NCBI GenBank assembly: GCA_963674965.2
Contig: CAXXFL010000001.1
Coordinates: 448,001 to 512,000, forward strand
Length of the DNA: 64,000 nt
Direction: 5' to 3'
Source of the DNA: a bacterium
Lineage (GTDB): Bacteria; RBG-13-61-14; DATKZS01
Under the pieces are notes generated by a model that had not been told where the DNA came from, made no database searches, and saw nothing but the letters and a program-made list of their open reading frames with translations. Shown here one piece after another: positions 36,777-47,598 of this stretch (its first letter is position 1; the number at the start of each line of letters is the position of its first letter). The position numbers and the translations under genes are program-made.

Positions 36777-37844
36777 TCAGTTTTTCATATCCTCCAGCTC
36801 GGCCGCCGTTTCCTTGCCCGCGCTCACGTCAAGGACGGCCTTGAGCTCGATCTCGATTTTTCCGTCCCCCCTCGATTTGAGTCCGGCCTGGTCCACGGAG
36901 ACGAGACGTCCCTTTTTGAAGAGCGACTCGATGAGAACGCCCTTGCCGCCCTTGTCCGACTTCATGATCCTCTCGGTCAGATCGGGGACCGGCATCAGCT
37001 CTTCCACGCCCCTCTCGAACTCCTCGATCACGGGCCGGAGCTCCTTTTCGCTTCCCTTATAAAAGACCACCCGCTTGTCGAGGAATTTTTCGATTTCATC
37101 CTCCGCCCCGTCGCGGAAGGGGTTGGCCGAGACCATGTGCAGTTTTCCATCCTCGATAAACAGGGGAATGACCAGGTATTTCTTCATGAGGGAAAGGGGG
37201 AATTCCCCGATCAGGACCGGATCGAGCATCTGCTCGTTCACGTGCACGAAGGGTATCTCGAGGAAGCTGGAGGTGGCCCAGTCCAGATCGTCCTCCGAGG
37301 TGGCGCCGTTGGCGATCAGTTCTTCCCTCAGGCTCGAGCCCTTTTGGGCGGACTCGATTTTGGCCTTCTCGAAGGCGGCCCCCGATATCCATCCCGACTC
37401 GAGCAGTATCTCGCCGAGCAGGACCTCGCTCGATATGGGCCGGCCCTCCCTGAGGAGGGACTTGGCCGCGGCCTGGCCCACGGTCTTGACCACTCTCCGC
37501 ACGTCGTCGAAGGGCTTGATCATAACGGCGTGGGCGCCCAGTTTGCCGGCCTCTCCCACCATGTCGTCGTTCGAGTATGAGGTCATGATGATTATCTCGG
37601 TGGTGGGCCACATCCTTTTCAGGACGCGCATGCACTCGAGTCCGTTCATGACGGGCATCTTCAGGTCCATCAGCACGGCCCTCGCGGTTTTTTGGACCAG
37701 CGCGTCCAGGGCCTCGGTCCCGCACTGCGCCGTCCTAACCTCGTAGCCCTTGCGCTGGAGGGCCCGCTCGCAGGCCACCCGTATGATGCCGGCGTCGTCA
37801 ACGATCAGCACTTCACGCTCGTAGGTATCCAAGGCTTTATCCAT
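36777..37844 (-). CDS. Response regulator fused to MshEN/GspE-N-like domain
   Basis: REC (IVDD, MDLKMP, KPF), then LLGEILLESGWIS...LREELIANG...LEIPFV...KYLVIPL...VSANPF. Confidence 0.8.
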   Translation of the reverse strand: MDKALDTYEREVLIVDDAGIIRVACERALQRKGYEVRTAQCGTEALDALVQKTARAVLMDLKMPVMNGLECMRVLKRMWPTTEIIIMTSYSNDDMVGEAGKLGAHAVMIKPFDDVRRVVKTVGQAAAKSLLREGRPISSEVLLGEILLESGWISGAAFEKAKIESAQKGSSLREELIANGATSEDDLDWATSSFLEIPFVHVNEQMLDPVLIGEFPLSLMKKYLVIPLFIEDGKLHMVSANPFRDGAEDEIEKFLDKRVVFYKGSEKELRPVIEEFERGVEELMPVPDLTERIMKSDKGGKGVLIESLFKKGRLVSVDQAGLKSRGDGKIEIELKAVLDVSAGKETAAELEDMKN

Positions 37845-37855
37845 GCTCTCATCCT

Positions 37856-39112
37856 TTATTTTTCCCGGGGTGGGGCCGCGGGCAAGTTGATCTTGAACAG
37901 GGCCCCCCTCTCGGGCACGCTGTGGACCTCGATCGACCCTCCATGGTCCTTGACTATGCCGTAGACAATGGACAGGCCCAGGCCGGTCCCCTCTCCCTCC
38001 GGCTTGGTGGTGAAGAAGGGGTCGAATATCTTCTCCTTTACCTCGTCGGGAATCCCGGGGCCGTGGTCCTCGACCTCGATCTCGGCCCCGCCGTCCTCCC
38101 GGGCCCGCCCGCGTATGGCCACGCTTCCATGCTCGTCCATGGCGTGGGCCGCGTTCAAGATAAGGTTCATGAGCACCTGCTGGACCTGGCTGGGATTGGC
38201 CCAGAGCAGGGGAAGGTCGTCGTCATACTCGGTCTCGAGCTCGATCTTCCTGTTCCTCAGCTCGTGCCCGATAAGGGTCGCCGTCCGGTCCACGATGGCG
38301 GGCAGGTATACCTCCTCCCTCCTCTTGTCGTCCGATTGCCTGGCAAAGGAAAGAAGGCCCTGCACGATCTCCTTGCATTGGTGGACCGCCTGCTCGATCT
38401 GCCTTAAGTCCTCGACGACCTCGTCCTCCTTTTGTTCCATCAGCATCACCTGGGCCAGGGCCAGGATGCCGGAAAGAGGATTGTTGATCTCGTGGGCCAC
38501 GCCCCCCGCCAGGGTCCCGATCGAGGCCATCTTCTCCGACTGCACCAGCTTGCCCTGGGCCTCCCTCAAGGCCCGGGTCCTTTCCTCGACCTTTCTCTCG
38601 AGTCCCTCGTTAAGCTCGAGAAGCTCCTGGTTCTGTTCCTCGATTTTATTCAGGAGCCGCTCGTTAAAGTCCTTTAACTGCCAGTTCTTAAGGCCCGCCT
38701 TGATGGTGACCTTGAGGTCCTCGTCGTTCCAGGGCTTGGTCAGAAACCTGAATATCTCGACCTTGTTGATCGCCTCCTCGGCCGTCTTCAGGTCCGAGTA
38801 GCCCGTGAGCATGACCCGGACCGTCTCCGGTTTTATCTCCTTGGCCTTGCTCAGGAACTCGATCCCGCTCATGATCGGCATACGCTGGTCGCTCACGATC
38901 AGGTGGACCTCGTTTTGCGCGAGCGTATCGAGTCCCGCCTGGCCGCAGTCGGCGGTGACGATATTGTATCCCTCGTGCTTGAGCACCCTCTTCAGGCTCC
39001 TCAGCACGTTAGCCTCGTCGTCCACCAAAAGGACCGTGAGCTCGCCCATGTCCCTGGGCCTGACGCGGGATTCCTCGGCTTCTTCCAGCTTGATTAAAGG
39101 ATGAACGGTCAT
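37856..39112 (-). CDS. Hybrid REC-histidine kinase
   Basis: REC (SDQRMP, TKPW); [28 protein letters not shown]. Confidence 0.95.
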   Translation of the reverse strand: MTVHPLIKLEEAEESRVRPRDMGELTVLLVDDEANVLRSLKRVLKHEGYNIVTADCGQAGLDTLAQNEVHLIVSDQRMPIMSGIEFLSKAKEIKPETVRVMLTGYSDLKTAEEAINKVEIFRFLTKPWNDEDLKVTIKAGLKNWQLKDFNERLLNKIEEQNQELLELNEGLERKVEERTRALREAQGKLVQSEKMASIGTLAGGVAHEINNPLSGILALAQVMLMEQKEDEVVEDLRQIEQAVHQCKEIVQGLLSFARQSDDKRREEVYLPAIVDRTATLIGHELRNRKIELETEYDDDLPLLWANPSQVQQVLMNLILNAAHAMDEHGSVAIRGRAREDGGAEIEVEDHGPGIPDEVKEKIFDPFFTTKPEGEGTGLGLSIVYGIVKDHGGSIEVHSVPERGALFKINLPAAPPREK

Positions 39113-42100
39113 CAGGAGGCCTCCTTCATGATTTCCGGACCGGTTATGGGCAGCCTTATGGTAAAGGTGGTCCCTTTCCCTTCCTCGCTCTTGACCTTGA
39201 TCTGGCCGCCGTGCTTTTGCACGATGCGATAGGAAATAGCCAGGCCCAGCCCGGTGCCCTTGCCAACCTCCTTCGTGGTGAAGAAGGGATCGAATATTCT
39301 GTTCATCAGCTCGGGCTTGATGCCGGAGCCGGTGTCGCTGACCTGGACGCAGACGTGATCGTCTTCCTTGTATGTTTTGAGCCTTATCTCCCCGTGCTCG
39401 GGGATGGCGTGGGAGGCGTTGATCAGAAGGTTCATGAAGACCTGGTTTAGCTCCTGCGGATACCCCTTGATGGGAGGAACGTCATCGAACTCCCTCAGGA
39501 CCTCGGCCTTGTATTTGAGCTCGTTCCACACGATGTTCAGGGTGCTCGCCAGTCCCTGCTGAACGTCGAGCCACTCGGGTTTGCCCGACTCGGGATGGGA
39601 AAACTCCCGCAGGTCGAGCACGATGGCCTTGACCCTGCTGGCCCCCTCCTGGCATTCCCTGATGATGTTCTCGAACTCCTCGAACAACTCGTCGGGATCG
39701 AGTTCCTCCCTTATCGCCCGCAGCCGGGATAAAAAGTCCGAATAGTCGTCGTCCAGCCCGTCCCCGGCCGCCTCCATGATGGCCTCGTAGCCGCAGGTGG
39801 GGGAATAATCCCTCGAGCCGGACCTCTCGAGGTCGCCGATCGAGTCGAGGACGTCGTCGTAGGTCCGGAAAAGCTTTAAAAGCTCCCGCCTGTATTCGTC
39901 GAGAACGTTCAGGTTCGAGCTGATGTAGCCCATGGGGTTGTTGATCTCGTGGGCCACGCCCGCGGCGAGCTGCCCGATGGAGGCCATCTTTTCCGATTGC
40001 AGGAGCTGCATGGTCGCGCTTTCTAGTTCCTCGTTCTTGCACATCAGCTCCTTGTTCTTGTTTTGGATGACGTCCAGGAGCTTTTGCCTGGCCACTCCCA
40101 TGGCCAGCTCGATGGCCATGTGCTTGATGGTGGCGCGCCTCTCCTCGGTGAAGTCGCTCGCGTCGGTGCTCATGAGGACGATCACGCCCTCCAGCTTTCC
40201 GTCCACCACCAGGGGCTCGGACAAAAGCGACTTGAGCCCCATGGTGGCCAGCTTTTTCCTGGTTCCGGCGGTCAACTTAAGGTCCGAGGCGTCGTCGATA
40301 AAAATGCTTTTCTTGAAAAGGGCGGACCTGCTGGCCAGGCCGCTGGCCGACCAGTCGGCCGCCGCCGCCGCTATCTCGGTCATGGACTTGGCGGAAAAAC
40401 TCTGGTGCGCCAGGAGTTTTAGCTCCTGGGAGTCCTGCACGAAAAGGGCTGCCACCGGAACGCCCATGATGGTGCAGATGCCGGTCAGGGCGTTCTGGGC
40501 CAGGCTGTTGAGGTCGGGGGCCTCCTTGATCGACTGGGAGATCGAGAGAAGCAGGTTCTTCTCGAACTCCTCCCTTTTCCGGGCCGTGATGTCACGGTAT
40601 ATGCTCTGAATACCAACGGCCTTGCCGCCGATAAAGATGGGTATGGACCTCACCTCGACGTCGATCACCCGGCCGTCCCTTCTGATGATCTCCATCTCGA
40701 ACTGGCGGGCGTAGCCGTCCTCGAGCATCCTGCTCACCAGGTTTTTGATCCGTTCGTGCTCGGCCTTGGGAAGGATGCCGTACTCGAGGACCGAGCGGCC
40801 GATGGTCGTCTCGTTGGGGTCCAGGCCCAGTAGCTGGGCCATCTGCCAATTCGACTCGATGACGGTAAAATCCAGGTCGTGGATCAAGATGGCGTCGGCG
40901 GCGTTGCGCATGTAGTTCCTGTACTTGGCCTCCGATTCCTCGAGGGCCACCGTCTTGTCGTTCAGCTCGAGCTCGAGTTCCTTTTTGTCCTGGACGTCGA
41001 CCGCGGCGTGGGACACGCCCGCCAGGCTGCCGTCCTCGTCCAGGAGCGCGTTAAGGGTGACGTAATTCCATTTCTTCCGGCCGTTCTTGTCCAGGTATTC
41101 CCTTTCCATGGACTCCTTGCCGCCGCCGGCCAGGACATCTTCGATCTTGCAGTCGGGGCAGGGACTCGTGTCCCAGCGGAAAGCCTCGTAACACTTAAGG
41201 CCGACTATTTCTCCATGAAGGGACTTGGCGTAGCGGTTGGAGAATATTATGGTGTAATCGGGGTCGATCTTGACCACCGACACGCCCGATCCCTCGAGAA
41301 TGGACTCGGCGTTTTCCGCTCGCGTGGCCATCTGCCTGAGCGAAACAAGGACGACCCTTACCGTGTAAATCCCGTTGACGAGGACAAGGGCCGATAAAAG
41401 AAGACCTATGGCCATGGAGGAGGTCGAGTCGGAAAGCACGAAGAACCAGGCGGCCGGAAACACCGTGAACAGGGCCAGAAGAAGATACGCGAGGTATTTG
41501 GCCCGCGTCACGTCGAAGGACGACTCCCATTTTATCAGGTGATTGCCGAGCGAGAAGATGGCCTTGTATTCCTCCTCGCCCACGTCCTCCCCGTCCCGGG
41601 CCTTGAACAGGGTCGATAGGGAGGCGGCCAGTCTTTTAATAAAGGACGGCGAGCGGTCGTCCCACTCCACCACGTACTCGCAGCGGCTCGAGCCGAAGGC
41701 CGTGCCGCATACCTCGACTTCTCCGTCCACCCGCGCCTCGCCCATGTCCGACTCGAGCCCGCCGGCTTCCCTGGCCTTGAGCCGGCCATCCTCGCCGAAC
41801 TCGTACTCCCTGCCGTCTATCGGGCCGGCCATGTCCACTCGCACCTGGCAGTGGCTCTCGCCAATCCGGTAGGACCCGACCCCGCTCTTGATTAAAATCC
41901 CCTCCATAACTCCCCTGGCCAAAAGGCAATGGTCCCGAGTATGAAGTCCGTCGTTGGCCCTCGAGATGGACAACCTTAATTTCCGGCCGTTGGTCTCCTC
42001 GATTTCCACCCGGTGGTTCCTGTCGATGAGCTTGGCGAAGCGGGGAAAATGGGAAAGGGTCTCCCTGGCGCCCACCTGCGTGAGAATGGCGCGGTCCAGC

Positions 42101-42342
42101 TCGGCGTCTCCGCCAAAGGCCACCCGCTTTCCGGTCTCGAGGCCGATGTTGGGGTCTCCGGTTATGGTTTTCGCCTGAGCCAGCATAAGGGTCAGCTCCT
42201 CGTTGGTCAGCCAGCCGTCGGGGCCGCTAAGGTAGTCGCCGTCGCGCCCGGCGATCTCGATAAGCGACGACGGGTCTATGCCCCGCTCCAAAAGGACCTG
42301 GAACAGCGCCCTCGTCACTCGAGTGCTTACTTCACCTTGCAT
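39112..42342 (-). CDS. Multi-sensor histidine kinase (N-terminal V4R-like domain, 2 TM, PAS, PAS, GAF)
   Basis: [31 protein letters not shown] and GAF-like segments. Confidence 0.92.
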   Translation of the reverse strand: MQGEVSTRVTRALFQVLLERGIDPSSLIEIAGRDGDYLSGPDGWLTNEELTLMLAQAKTITGDPNIGLETGKRVAFGGDAELDRAILTQVGARETLSHFPRFAKLIDRNHRVEIEETNGRKLRLSISRANDGLHTRDHCLLARGVMEGILIKSGVGSYRIGESHCQVRVDMAGPIDGREYEFGEDGRLKAREAGGLESDMGEARVDGEVEVCGTAFGSSRCEYVVEWDDRSPSFIKRLAASLSTLFKARDGEDVGEEEYKAIFSLGNHLIKWESSFDVTRAKYLAYLLLALFTVFPAAWFFVLSDSTSSMAIGLLLSALVLVNGIYTVRVVLVSLRQMATRAENAESILEGSGVSVVKIDPDYTIIFSNRYAKSLHGEIVGLKCYEAFRWDTSPCPDCKIEDVLAGGGKESMEREYLDKNGRKKWNYVTLNALLDEDGSLAGVSHAAVDVQDKKELELELNDKTVALEESEAKYRNYMRNAADAILIHDLDFTVIESNWQMAQLLGLDPNETTIGRSVLEYGILPKAEHERIKNLVSRMLEDGYARQFEMEIIRRDGRVIDVEVRSIPIFIGGKAVGIQSIYRDITARKREEFEKNLLLSISQSIKEAPDLNSLAQNALTGICTIMGVPVAALFVQDSQELKLLAHQSFSAKSMTEIAAAAADWSASGLASRSALFKKSIFIDDASDLKLTAGTRKKLATMGLKSLLSEPLVVDGKLEGVIVLMSTDASDFTEERRATIKHMAIELAMGVARQKLLDVIQNKNKELMCKNEELESATMQLLQSEKMASIGQLAAGVAHEINNPMGYISSNLNVLDEYRRELLKLFRTYDDVLDSIGDLERSGSRDYSPTCGYEAIMEAAGDGLDDDYSDFLSRLRAIREELDPDELFEEFENIIRECQEGASRVKAIVLDLREFSHPESGKPEWLDVQQGLASTLNIVWNELKYKAEVLREFDDVPPIKGYPQELNQVFMNLLINASHAIPEHGEIRLKTYKEDDHVCVQVSDTGSGIKPELMNRIFDPFFTTKEVGKGTGLGLAISYRIVQKHGGQIKVKSEEGKGTTFTIRLPITGPEIMKEAS

Positions 42343-42410
42343 CTGGCAACCCCGGATTATGCAACTGCCCGTCTTCCATCCCTTCTCAAAACCAGGAGGT
42401 TACTTAACTC

Positions 42411-42935
42411 CTAATCCTCGATAATGATCGCGCCCCGGCTGTCGCGCTTGACCTTGCTGATGCCCGGGTGCTTGGCCTCGAGAACGTGGGCAACGTCGGC
42501 GCGGCGCTTGAGGTCCACCAGCATCTCACGCGACTTGCCCTGCATAAGCGAGACGTCCACCGCCTTTTTGATTATCGACCTGACCTCATGGTCGTCCCAG
42601 GGTTTCTCCAGGAAACGGAAAAGCTTCCCCTCGTTGATCCCCGAGATGGCCATGTCCAGGTCGGCGTGACCCGTCAGCAGTATGCGCGTCACGCTGGGGA
42701 AGCGCTTCCTAACCTCGATCAGAAGGTCCATGCCGCTCATGCCGGGCATGCGGTAATCGGAGACGATCACGTTGAAGGGACCCTTTTCAAGAAGACCGAT
42801 GGCCTTGGTGGGGTCCTGGCACGTCGCCACCTCGTAGGGCTCGTTTCGCAAGGACCGAACCAGTGAGTTCAGAACGTACTCCTCATCGTCAACCAGGAGT
42901 ATCGAGCCGATTTTCTTTTCGTTTGTCTTGCCCAT
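42411..42935 (-). CDS. Response regulator (REC with short C-terminal tail)
   Basis: LVDDE, SDYRMP, LTGHAD, EKPW. Confidence 0.92.
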   Translation of the reverse strand: MGKTNEKKIGSILLVDDEEYVLNSLVRSLRNEPYEVATCQDPTKAIGLLEKGPFNVIVSDYRMPGMSGMDLLIEVRKRFPSVTRILLTGHADLDMAISGINEGKLFRFLEKPWDDHEVRSIIKKAVDVSLMQGKSREMLVDLKRRADVAHVLEAKHPGISKVKRDSRGAIIIED

Positions 42936-43465
42936 CCATTCCTCCTCGCGCTTTTTCCCATAAATTCCAAATAAGAGAATTGCTTCTCCCGCGTCCGGTT
43001 CTAAGAGTAATCAAGAATAATGCCGAAACCGACCGGTCTTGTTCATTCAACCTAAACTTCTGATATCGTTATTTTAAATGGCTGATATCGGCCGAGTTGC
43101 AAATATTTTGCGCTTTTCTCTTATCGGATTCGCGAATTGTACTTTCCCGGCCCGGCCAAGAAAATTGTCTTTCGTTTTCAATCGGCTAGCGCAATAAGGG
43201 GGCGAAATCTCATAAATGATATTTCCAATTATGGAAATCCTAAATTATTACGGAGAGTAACGCCGGTATCGGCGCCACCCGCGTCGCGTCCTGGCGCGGT
43301 CCATAATCGAGTTCATTGCCCATAAAATAAAAAACTCTTTGGGCTATACTATATATCTATTCCCCGCCCGTTCGGGCGGGGAAACCTTTTTACTTCGCCA
43401 AAGATAAAACCGCCTGCAATTGACGCGGCGGGAGAGTTTGGCTAGTTTATTAATGGAGAAAAAAC

Positions 43466-44116
43466 ATGGAAGTAAATCCCGAGACATATAAATATATTCT
43501 GCTTGTGCCCCATTTCCTTTTCGCCATAAGCTTTCACGAGTTCTCCCACGCGGGGGCCGCCTACCTGCTGGGGGACGACACGGCCAAACATATGGGAAGA
43601 CTCACGCTCAATCCCATCAAGCATATCGACCCCATTGGCGCCATAGCCCTTTTTATCATCGGACTGGGATGGGCCAAGCCCGTTCCCATCAACCCTCTCC
43701 GCTTTAAAAACCCCAGGAGGGACGACGTAATCGTAAGCCTGGCCGGACCCGGCTCGAACCTGGTCCTGGCCCTGGCCTTTATCGCCCTCATCTGGATAGT
43801 CGTGTTAATCGCGTTTAAATCCACGCCTTTCCTCGAGATCGTCTTTCGCTTTTTGCTCGTGGGCGCCAGCATTAACATGCTGCTTTGCTTTTTCAACCTC
43901 CTTCCCGTTCCCCCCCTCGATGGAAGCCACGTGCTGATGGGTATATTGCCCGAGTCCGTGAGCGAGGCCTTAAGGCCGCTCATGAGCGCCGGACCCATGC
44001 TGCTTCTGGCCATCATCATGCTGGAAAGCTTCGCCCATATCCCCATCTTCAGCTACCTGGTCTTCAAGCCGGCCGACGGTTTAACCAAGCTTCTCCTTAC
44101 CGGCGTGGTTGGATGA
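43466..44116 (+). CDS. Site-2 protease (M50) family protein
   Basis: HEFSH, RLTLNP, GWAKPVP, AGPGSN, NLLPVPPLDG. Confidence 0.93.
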   Translation: MEVNPETYKYILLVPHFLFAISFHEFSHAGAAYLLGDDTAKHMGRLTLNPIKHIDPIGAIALFIIGLGWAKPVPINPLRFKNPRRDDVIVSLAGPGSNLVLALAFIALIWIVVLIAFKSTPFLEIVFRFLLVGASINMLLCFFNLLPVPPLDGSHVLMGILPESVSEALRPLMSAGPMLLLAIIMLESFAHIPIFSYLVFKPADGLTKLLLTGVVG

Positions 44117-44238
44117 GGCGGCCGGGTGGCCGGCCACTCGTCCGCGATCTTTTGCGCCGGTCCCATGTTTCATGAGAAAATAATTATTCGGCCGGCGAGC
44201 GTCGTTTCTCGCCGCTACATTAACTCGGGAGTAATCAA

Positions 44239-45222
44239 TTGGAAAGGAAAAGAATCTTAAGCGGCAACCGTCCCACCGGGGCCCTCCATCTCGGGCATCT
44301 GTGGGGGGCCCTTCAAAACTGGGTCGACCTCCAGGAAGACTACGATTGCTTTTACTTCGTGGCCGACTGGCACGCCCTGACCACGGAGTTCGAAAATACG
44401 GGGATCATCAAGCCGAGCACGGTTGAAATGGTCATGGACTGGCTGGCGGTGGGTCTCGACCCTGACCGGAGCACCATTTTCGTCCAGTCCCAAATCAAGG
44501 AGCACGCCGAGTTGTACCTCCTTTTGGGGATGACGGCCTCGGTGGCCCGCCTCGAGCGGGTACCCTCCTACAAGGCCTTCCAGGAGGAAACGGGCCGGGA
44601 CGTCTCGACCTACGGTTTCCTCGGGTATCCTCTCCTTCAGACGGCCGACATTCTCATGTACCGCCCGGTGGGAGTGCCGGTGGGGGAGGACCAACTCGCC
44701 CACGTCGAGCTGACGAGGGAATTCGCCCGCCGCTTCAACAACCTCTACGGCGAGGTCTTCCCCGAGCCCGAGGCCCTTTTGACCAAGACCGCCAAGGTGC
44801 CGGGAACGGACGGAAGAAAAATGAGCAAGTCCTACGGGAACTCCATCGCCCTGGCCGAGCCGCCCGAGTCCATCGAGCGGAAGATCAAGACCATGATGAC
44901 CGACCCGGCCCGCAAAAGGAAGACCGACCCCGGCGACCCCGATCTCTGTCCGGTTTACGACCTCCACCGGATTTACTCGGACCATGAAACCCTTTTGTGG
45001 TCGGCCGACGGGTGCAGGACCGCCGGCATCGGATGCGTCGAGTGCAAGAAAAAGCTCTGGCCGCGCGTGATCGACTCGCTCGAGCCGGTCCGGACCAAGC
45101 GCGCCTATTACCAGGACAGGCCGGGCGAGATACTGGAAATCCTGGAGGAGGGAAACAAAAAGGCCAGGGCCTTCGCCGGGGAAACCATGGCCGCCGTAAG
45201 AAAAGCCATGCAAATCGACTAG
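44239..45222 (+). CDS. trpS: Tryptophan--tRNA ligase
   Basis: PTGALHLGH, YPLLQTADIL, VPVGEDQ, KMSKS. Confidence 0.97.
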   Translation: MERKRILSGNRPTGALHLGHLWGALQNWVDLQEDYDCFYFVADWHALTTEFENTGIIKPSTVEMVMDWLAVGLDPDRSTIFVQSQIKEHAELYLLLGMTASVARLERVPSYKAFQEETGRDVSTYGFLGYPLLQTADILMYRPVGVPVGEDQLAHVELTREFARRFNNLYGEVFPEPEALLTKTAKVPGTDGRKMSKSYGNSIALAEPPESIERKIKTMMTDPARKRKTDPGDPDLCPVYDLHRIYSDHETLLWSADGCRTAGIGCVECKKKLWPRVIDSLEPVRTKRAYYQDRPGEILEILEEGNKKARAFAGETMAAVRKAMQID

Positions 45223-45272
45223 GCCAAGTCCCGCGAGGTCCATGCCGTGGCCGCCGTAAGGGGGAAGCTTTT

Positions 45273-45839
45273 ATGGACAAGCCGCGCTCCAAAAACAAAA
45301 TCGCTCTGTTTTTCATCCAGCTCGCAACGATGGCGCTTTGCATGGGATCATCCTGCGGACTTGGCGAGGACGGGACGGTGCCGGCGACCAAGGCGGTGGG
45401 TCCGGAGGAGTTCGTGGTCCGGATGAAGCCGTCCCTGGGCTTTCGTCCGGCGCAATACGAAACGGTCCGCGTACTTGGCGTAAGGGCTATTTTCAGCGAC
45501 GAGGACGGAGGTTTCGAGGGGGCCATACAAAGGCTGGACAATCTGGTGGCGGGCAAAAGGGTCGTTCTTCAATACGAGCGTCCCGGGGTTAAATCGAGGA
45601 CGGCGAACGGCGCGCTTCTCGTTTGGGTCAAGGTTGACGGCCGGGACCTTAGCGAGCTTATGATCGAAAGCGGCATGGCCCGCTTTCATTCCGGCTACGA
45701 TTGCCAAAGCAAACGGGAAGCCCTGAAAAAACTGGACCTCGAGATATACGGGGAGATGGAGCCGGAAAAACGCTGGTCCTACCCCGGTTTTTACGACCGC
45801 GAGGACGGCGATTACGAGATAATCCTCGAGGAGTGGTAG
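45273..45839 (+). CDS. Thermonuclease (SNase)-fold lipoprotein, degenerate active site
   Basis: Signal peptide with Cys; TVRVLGV, LVAGKRVVL, LLVWVKVDGRDLSELMIESGMA. Confidence 0.65.
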   Translation: MDKPRSKNKIALFFIQLATMALCMGSSCGLGEDGTVPATKAVGPEEFVVRMKPSLGFRPAQYETVRVLGVRAIFSDEDGGFEGAIQRLDNLVAGKRVVLQYERPGVKSRTANGALLVWVKVDGRDLSELMIESGMARFHSGYDCQSKREALKKLDLEIYGEMEPEKRWSYPGFYDREDGDYEIILEEW

Positions 45840-46010
45840 CCGTCGTTCCCCCGGGCTTTCAAGCCGGGCTTTTTTAATATAATATAGTCTTCCGGCAAGG
45901 GTTTATTGCATTCGAGATAAAAAGAGCGCGCCGGGTTGAATGGTCCGCTCCTTATTCGAGGCGCGGCGTTTTTTTTTTCGAGCCGCGCTTTTAGGGTATT
46001 TTGCCGCCGC

Positions 46011-46811
46011 ATGGAAAGTCAGGATACATACAGGGTACGGCTCGAGATATTCGAGGGTCCCTTGGACCTTCTGCTTTATCTGATCAAGAAGAACGAGCTG
46101 GACGTATACGATATTCCCATCGCTCTTATCGTCGAGCAGTACAACGCCTATCTCGATCTGATGCAGGCGCTGAACCTCGACATGGTGGGCGATTTTCTGG
46201 TCATGGCCGCCACCTTGTCCCACGTGAAGTCACGCATGCTTCTTCCGTCGGTGGAGGGCGAGGACGAGGAGGAGGGGGGGGAGGACCCCCGGGCCGAGCT
46301 GGTTCGCAAAATACTCGAGTACCAGCGCTACAAGGAGGCGGCCGAGGACCTTATCGCCCGTCCCCTTTTGGGCCGCGACGTTTACACGCGGGAAACGGAC
46401 CAGTCGGCCATCCACGGCGCCGCCCAGGAGGCGGGCATTCCCGAGGTGACCTTTATCGAGGTGGGGGTGTTCGGTCTTCTCGAGGCCTTCAAGGAGGTCA
46501 TGGAGAAGGCCCAGATCACGAACTGGCACGAGGTCGCCATGGAGCGCGTCTCGATCATGGACCGGATCAACCAGGTGCTCGATCTGTTCAAGGACGTTGA
46601 CACGCTGGGCTTCGAGCAGCTTTTCACCGAGGTGACCGACCGGTTCATGGTTATCGCCACCTTTTTGGCCATCCTCGAGCTGGTCAAGCTCAAGGTGATT
46701 AAAGTACACCAGGAGACCAGGTTCGGCGCCATCGTGCTGGTCAGGGCCGTGACCATAGACGACGAGTGGCTGACGGAAAACCTGCCGGGACTGGACACTG
46801 AAAGAGGTTAG
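46011..46811 (+). CDS. scpA: Segregation and condensation protein A
   Basis: FEGPLDLLLYLIKK, FLVMAATL, EDPRAELV, TFLAILEL. Confidence 0.95.
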   Translation: MESQDTYRVRLEIFEGPLDLLLYLIKKNELDVYDIPIALIVEQYNAYLDLMQALNLDMVGDFLVMAATLSHVKSRMLLPSVEGEDEEEGGEDPRAELVRKILEYQRYKEAAEDLIARPLLGRDVYTRETDQSAIHGAAQEAGIPEVTFIEVGVFGLLEAFKEVMEKAQITNWHEVAMERVSIMDRINQVLDLFKDVDTLGFEQLFTEVTDRFMVIATFLAILELVKLKVIKVHQETRFGAIVLVRAVTIDDEWLTENLPGLDTERG

Positions 46812-46815
46812 GAAA

Positions 46816-47538
46816 TTGGACCGGGAAAAGATAGAGTCGATCATCGAGAGCCTTCTTTTCGCCGCCGGCGAGGCGATCACTCTCCGGCGTCTTTGCGACG
46901 TGATCTCCGAGGCGGACAAGAAGGAAGTCAGGGCGGCGATGGAGGAACTGGCGAGGAAATGGGACCATCCCGGCCGCGGGTTGAGACTGGTCGAGGTGTC
47001 GGGCGGATACCAGTTCCAGACGGCGCCCGAGAACTCGGCCTGGGTGGGCAGGCTGTTGCAGACCCGTCCCGTCCGCCTGTCAAGGGCTTCCCTCGAGACC
47101 CTGGCCATCGTGGCCTACAAGCAGCCCGTTACCAGGACCGAGCTCGAGGAAATAAGGGGAGTCGACTCGGGAGGAGTATTGAAAACCTTATTGGAACACG
47201 GCTTCATCCGGATCGCCGGAAGGAAAGACGTGGCCGGAAGGCCGCTTATTTACGCCACCGATAAGAAGTTCATGGAATTCTTCCGCATGAAGAGCCTGGC
47301 CGAGCTTCCAACTTTGAAGGAGCTTGACGACATGCATGGGGAGGCGACGGCCGAGACCGGACCCGCGTCCGATGGGGACGCGATCGAGGAAGTCCCCGTC
47401 CATGGCGAGGAGGAAGCCGGGGCCCCAAACGAGCCCGAGGAACTGGAAGAAACGGACGCCGATTCCCGCGAGGAAGAGATGGAGACGGACGCCCCGGGAC
47501 TCGATGAAGAAGGACCGGACGACGGCGAGGGACCCTGA
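46816..47538 (+). CDS. scpB: Segregation and condensation protein B
   Basis: IESLLFA, LETLAIVAYKQPVTR, IRGVDS, GRPLIY; acidic tail. Confidence 0.95.
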   Translation: MDREKIESIIESLLFAAGEAITLRRLCDVISEADKKEVRAAMEELARKWDHPGRGLRLVEVSGGYQFQTAPENSAWVGRLLQTRPVRLSRASLETLAIVAYKQPVTRTELEEIRGVDSGGVLKTLLEHGFIRIAGRKDVAGRPLIYATDKKFMEFFRMKSLAELPTLKELDDMHGEATAETGPASDGDAIEEVPVHGEEEAGAPNEPEELEETDADSREEEMETDAPGLDEEGPDDGEGP

Positions 47539-47598
47539 GCGCTAGCGACGATTGTATTGAAGCGCCGATCGATTTTCCAACCAAGAGTAGTTTTCAAC

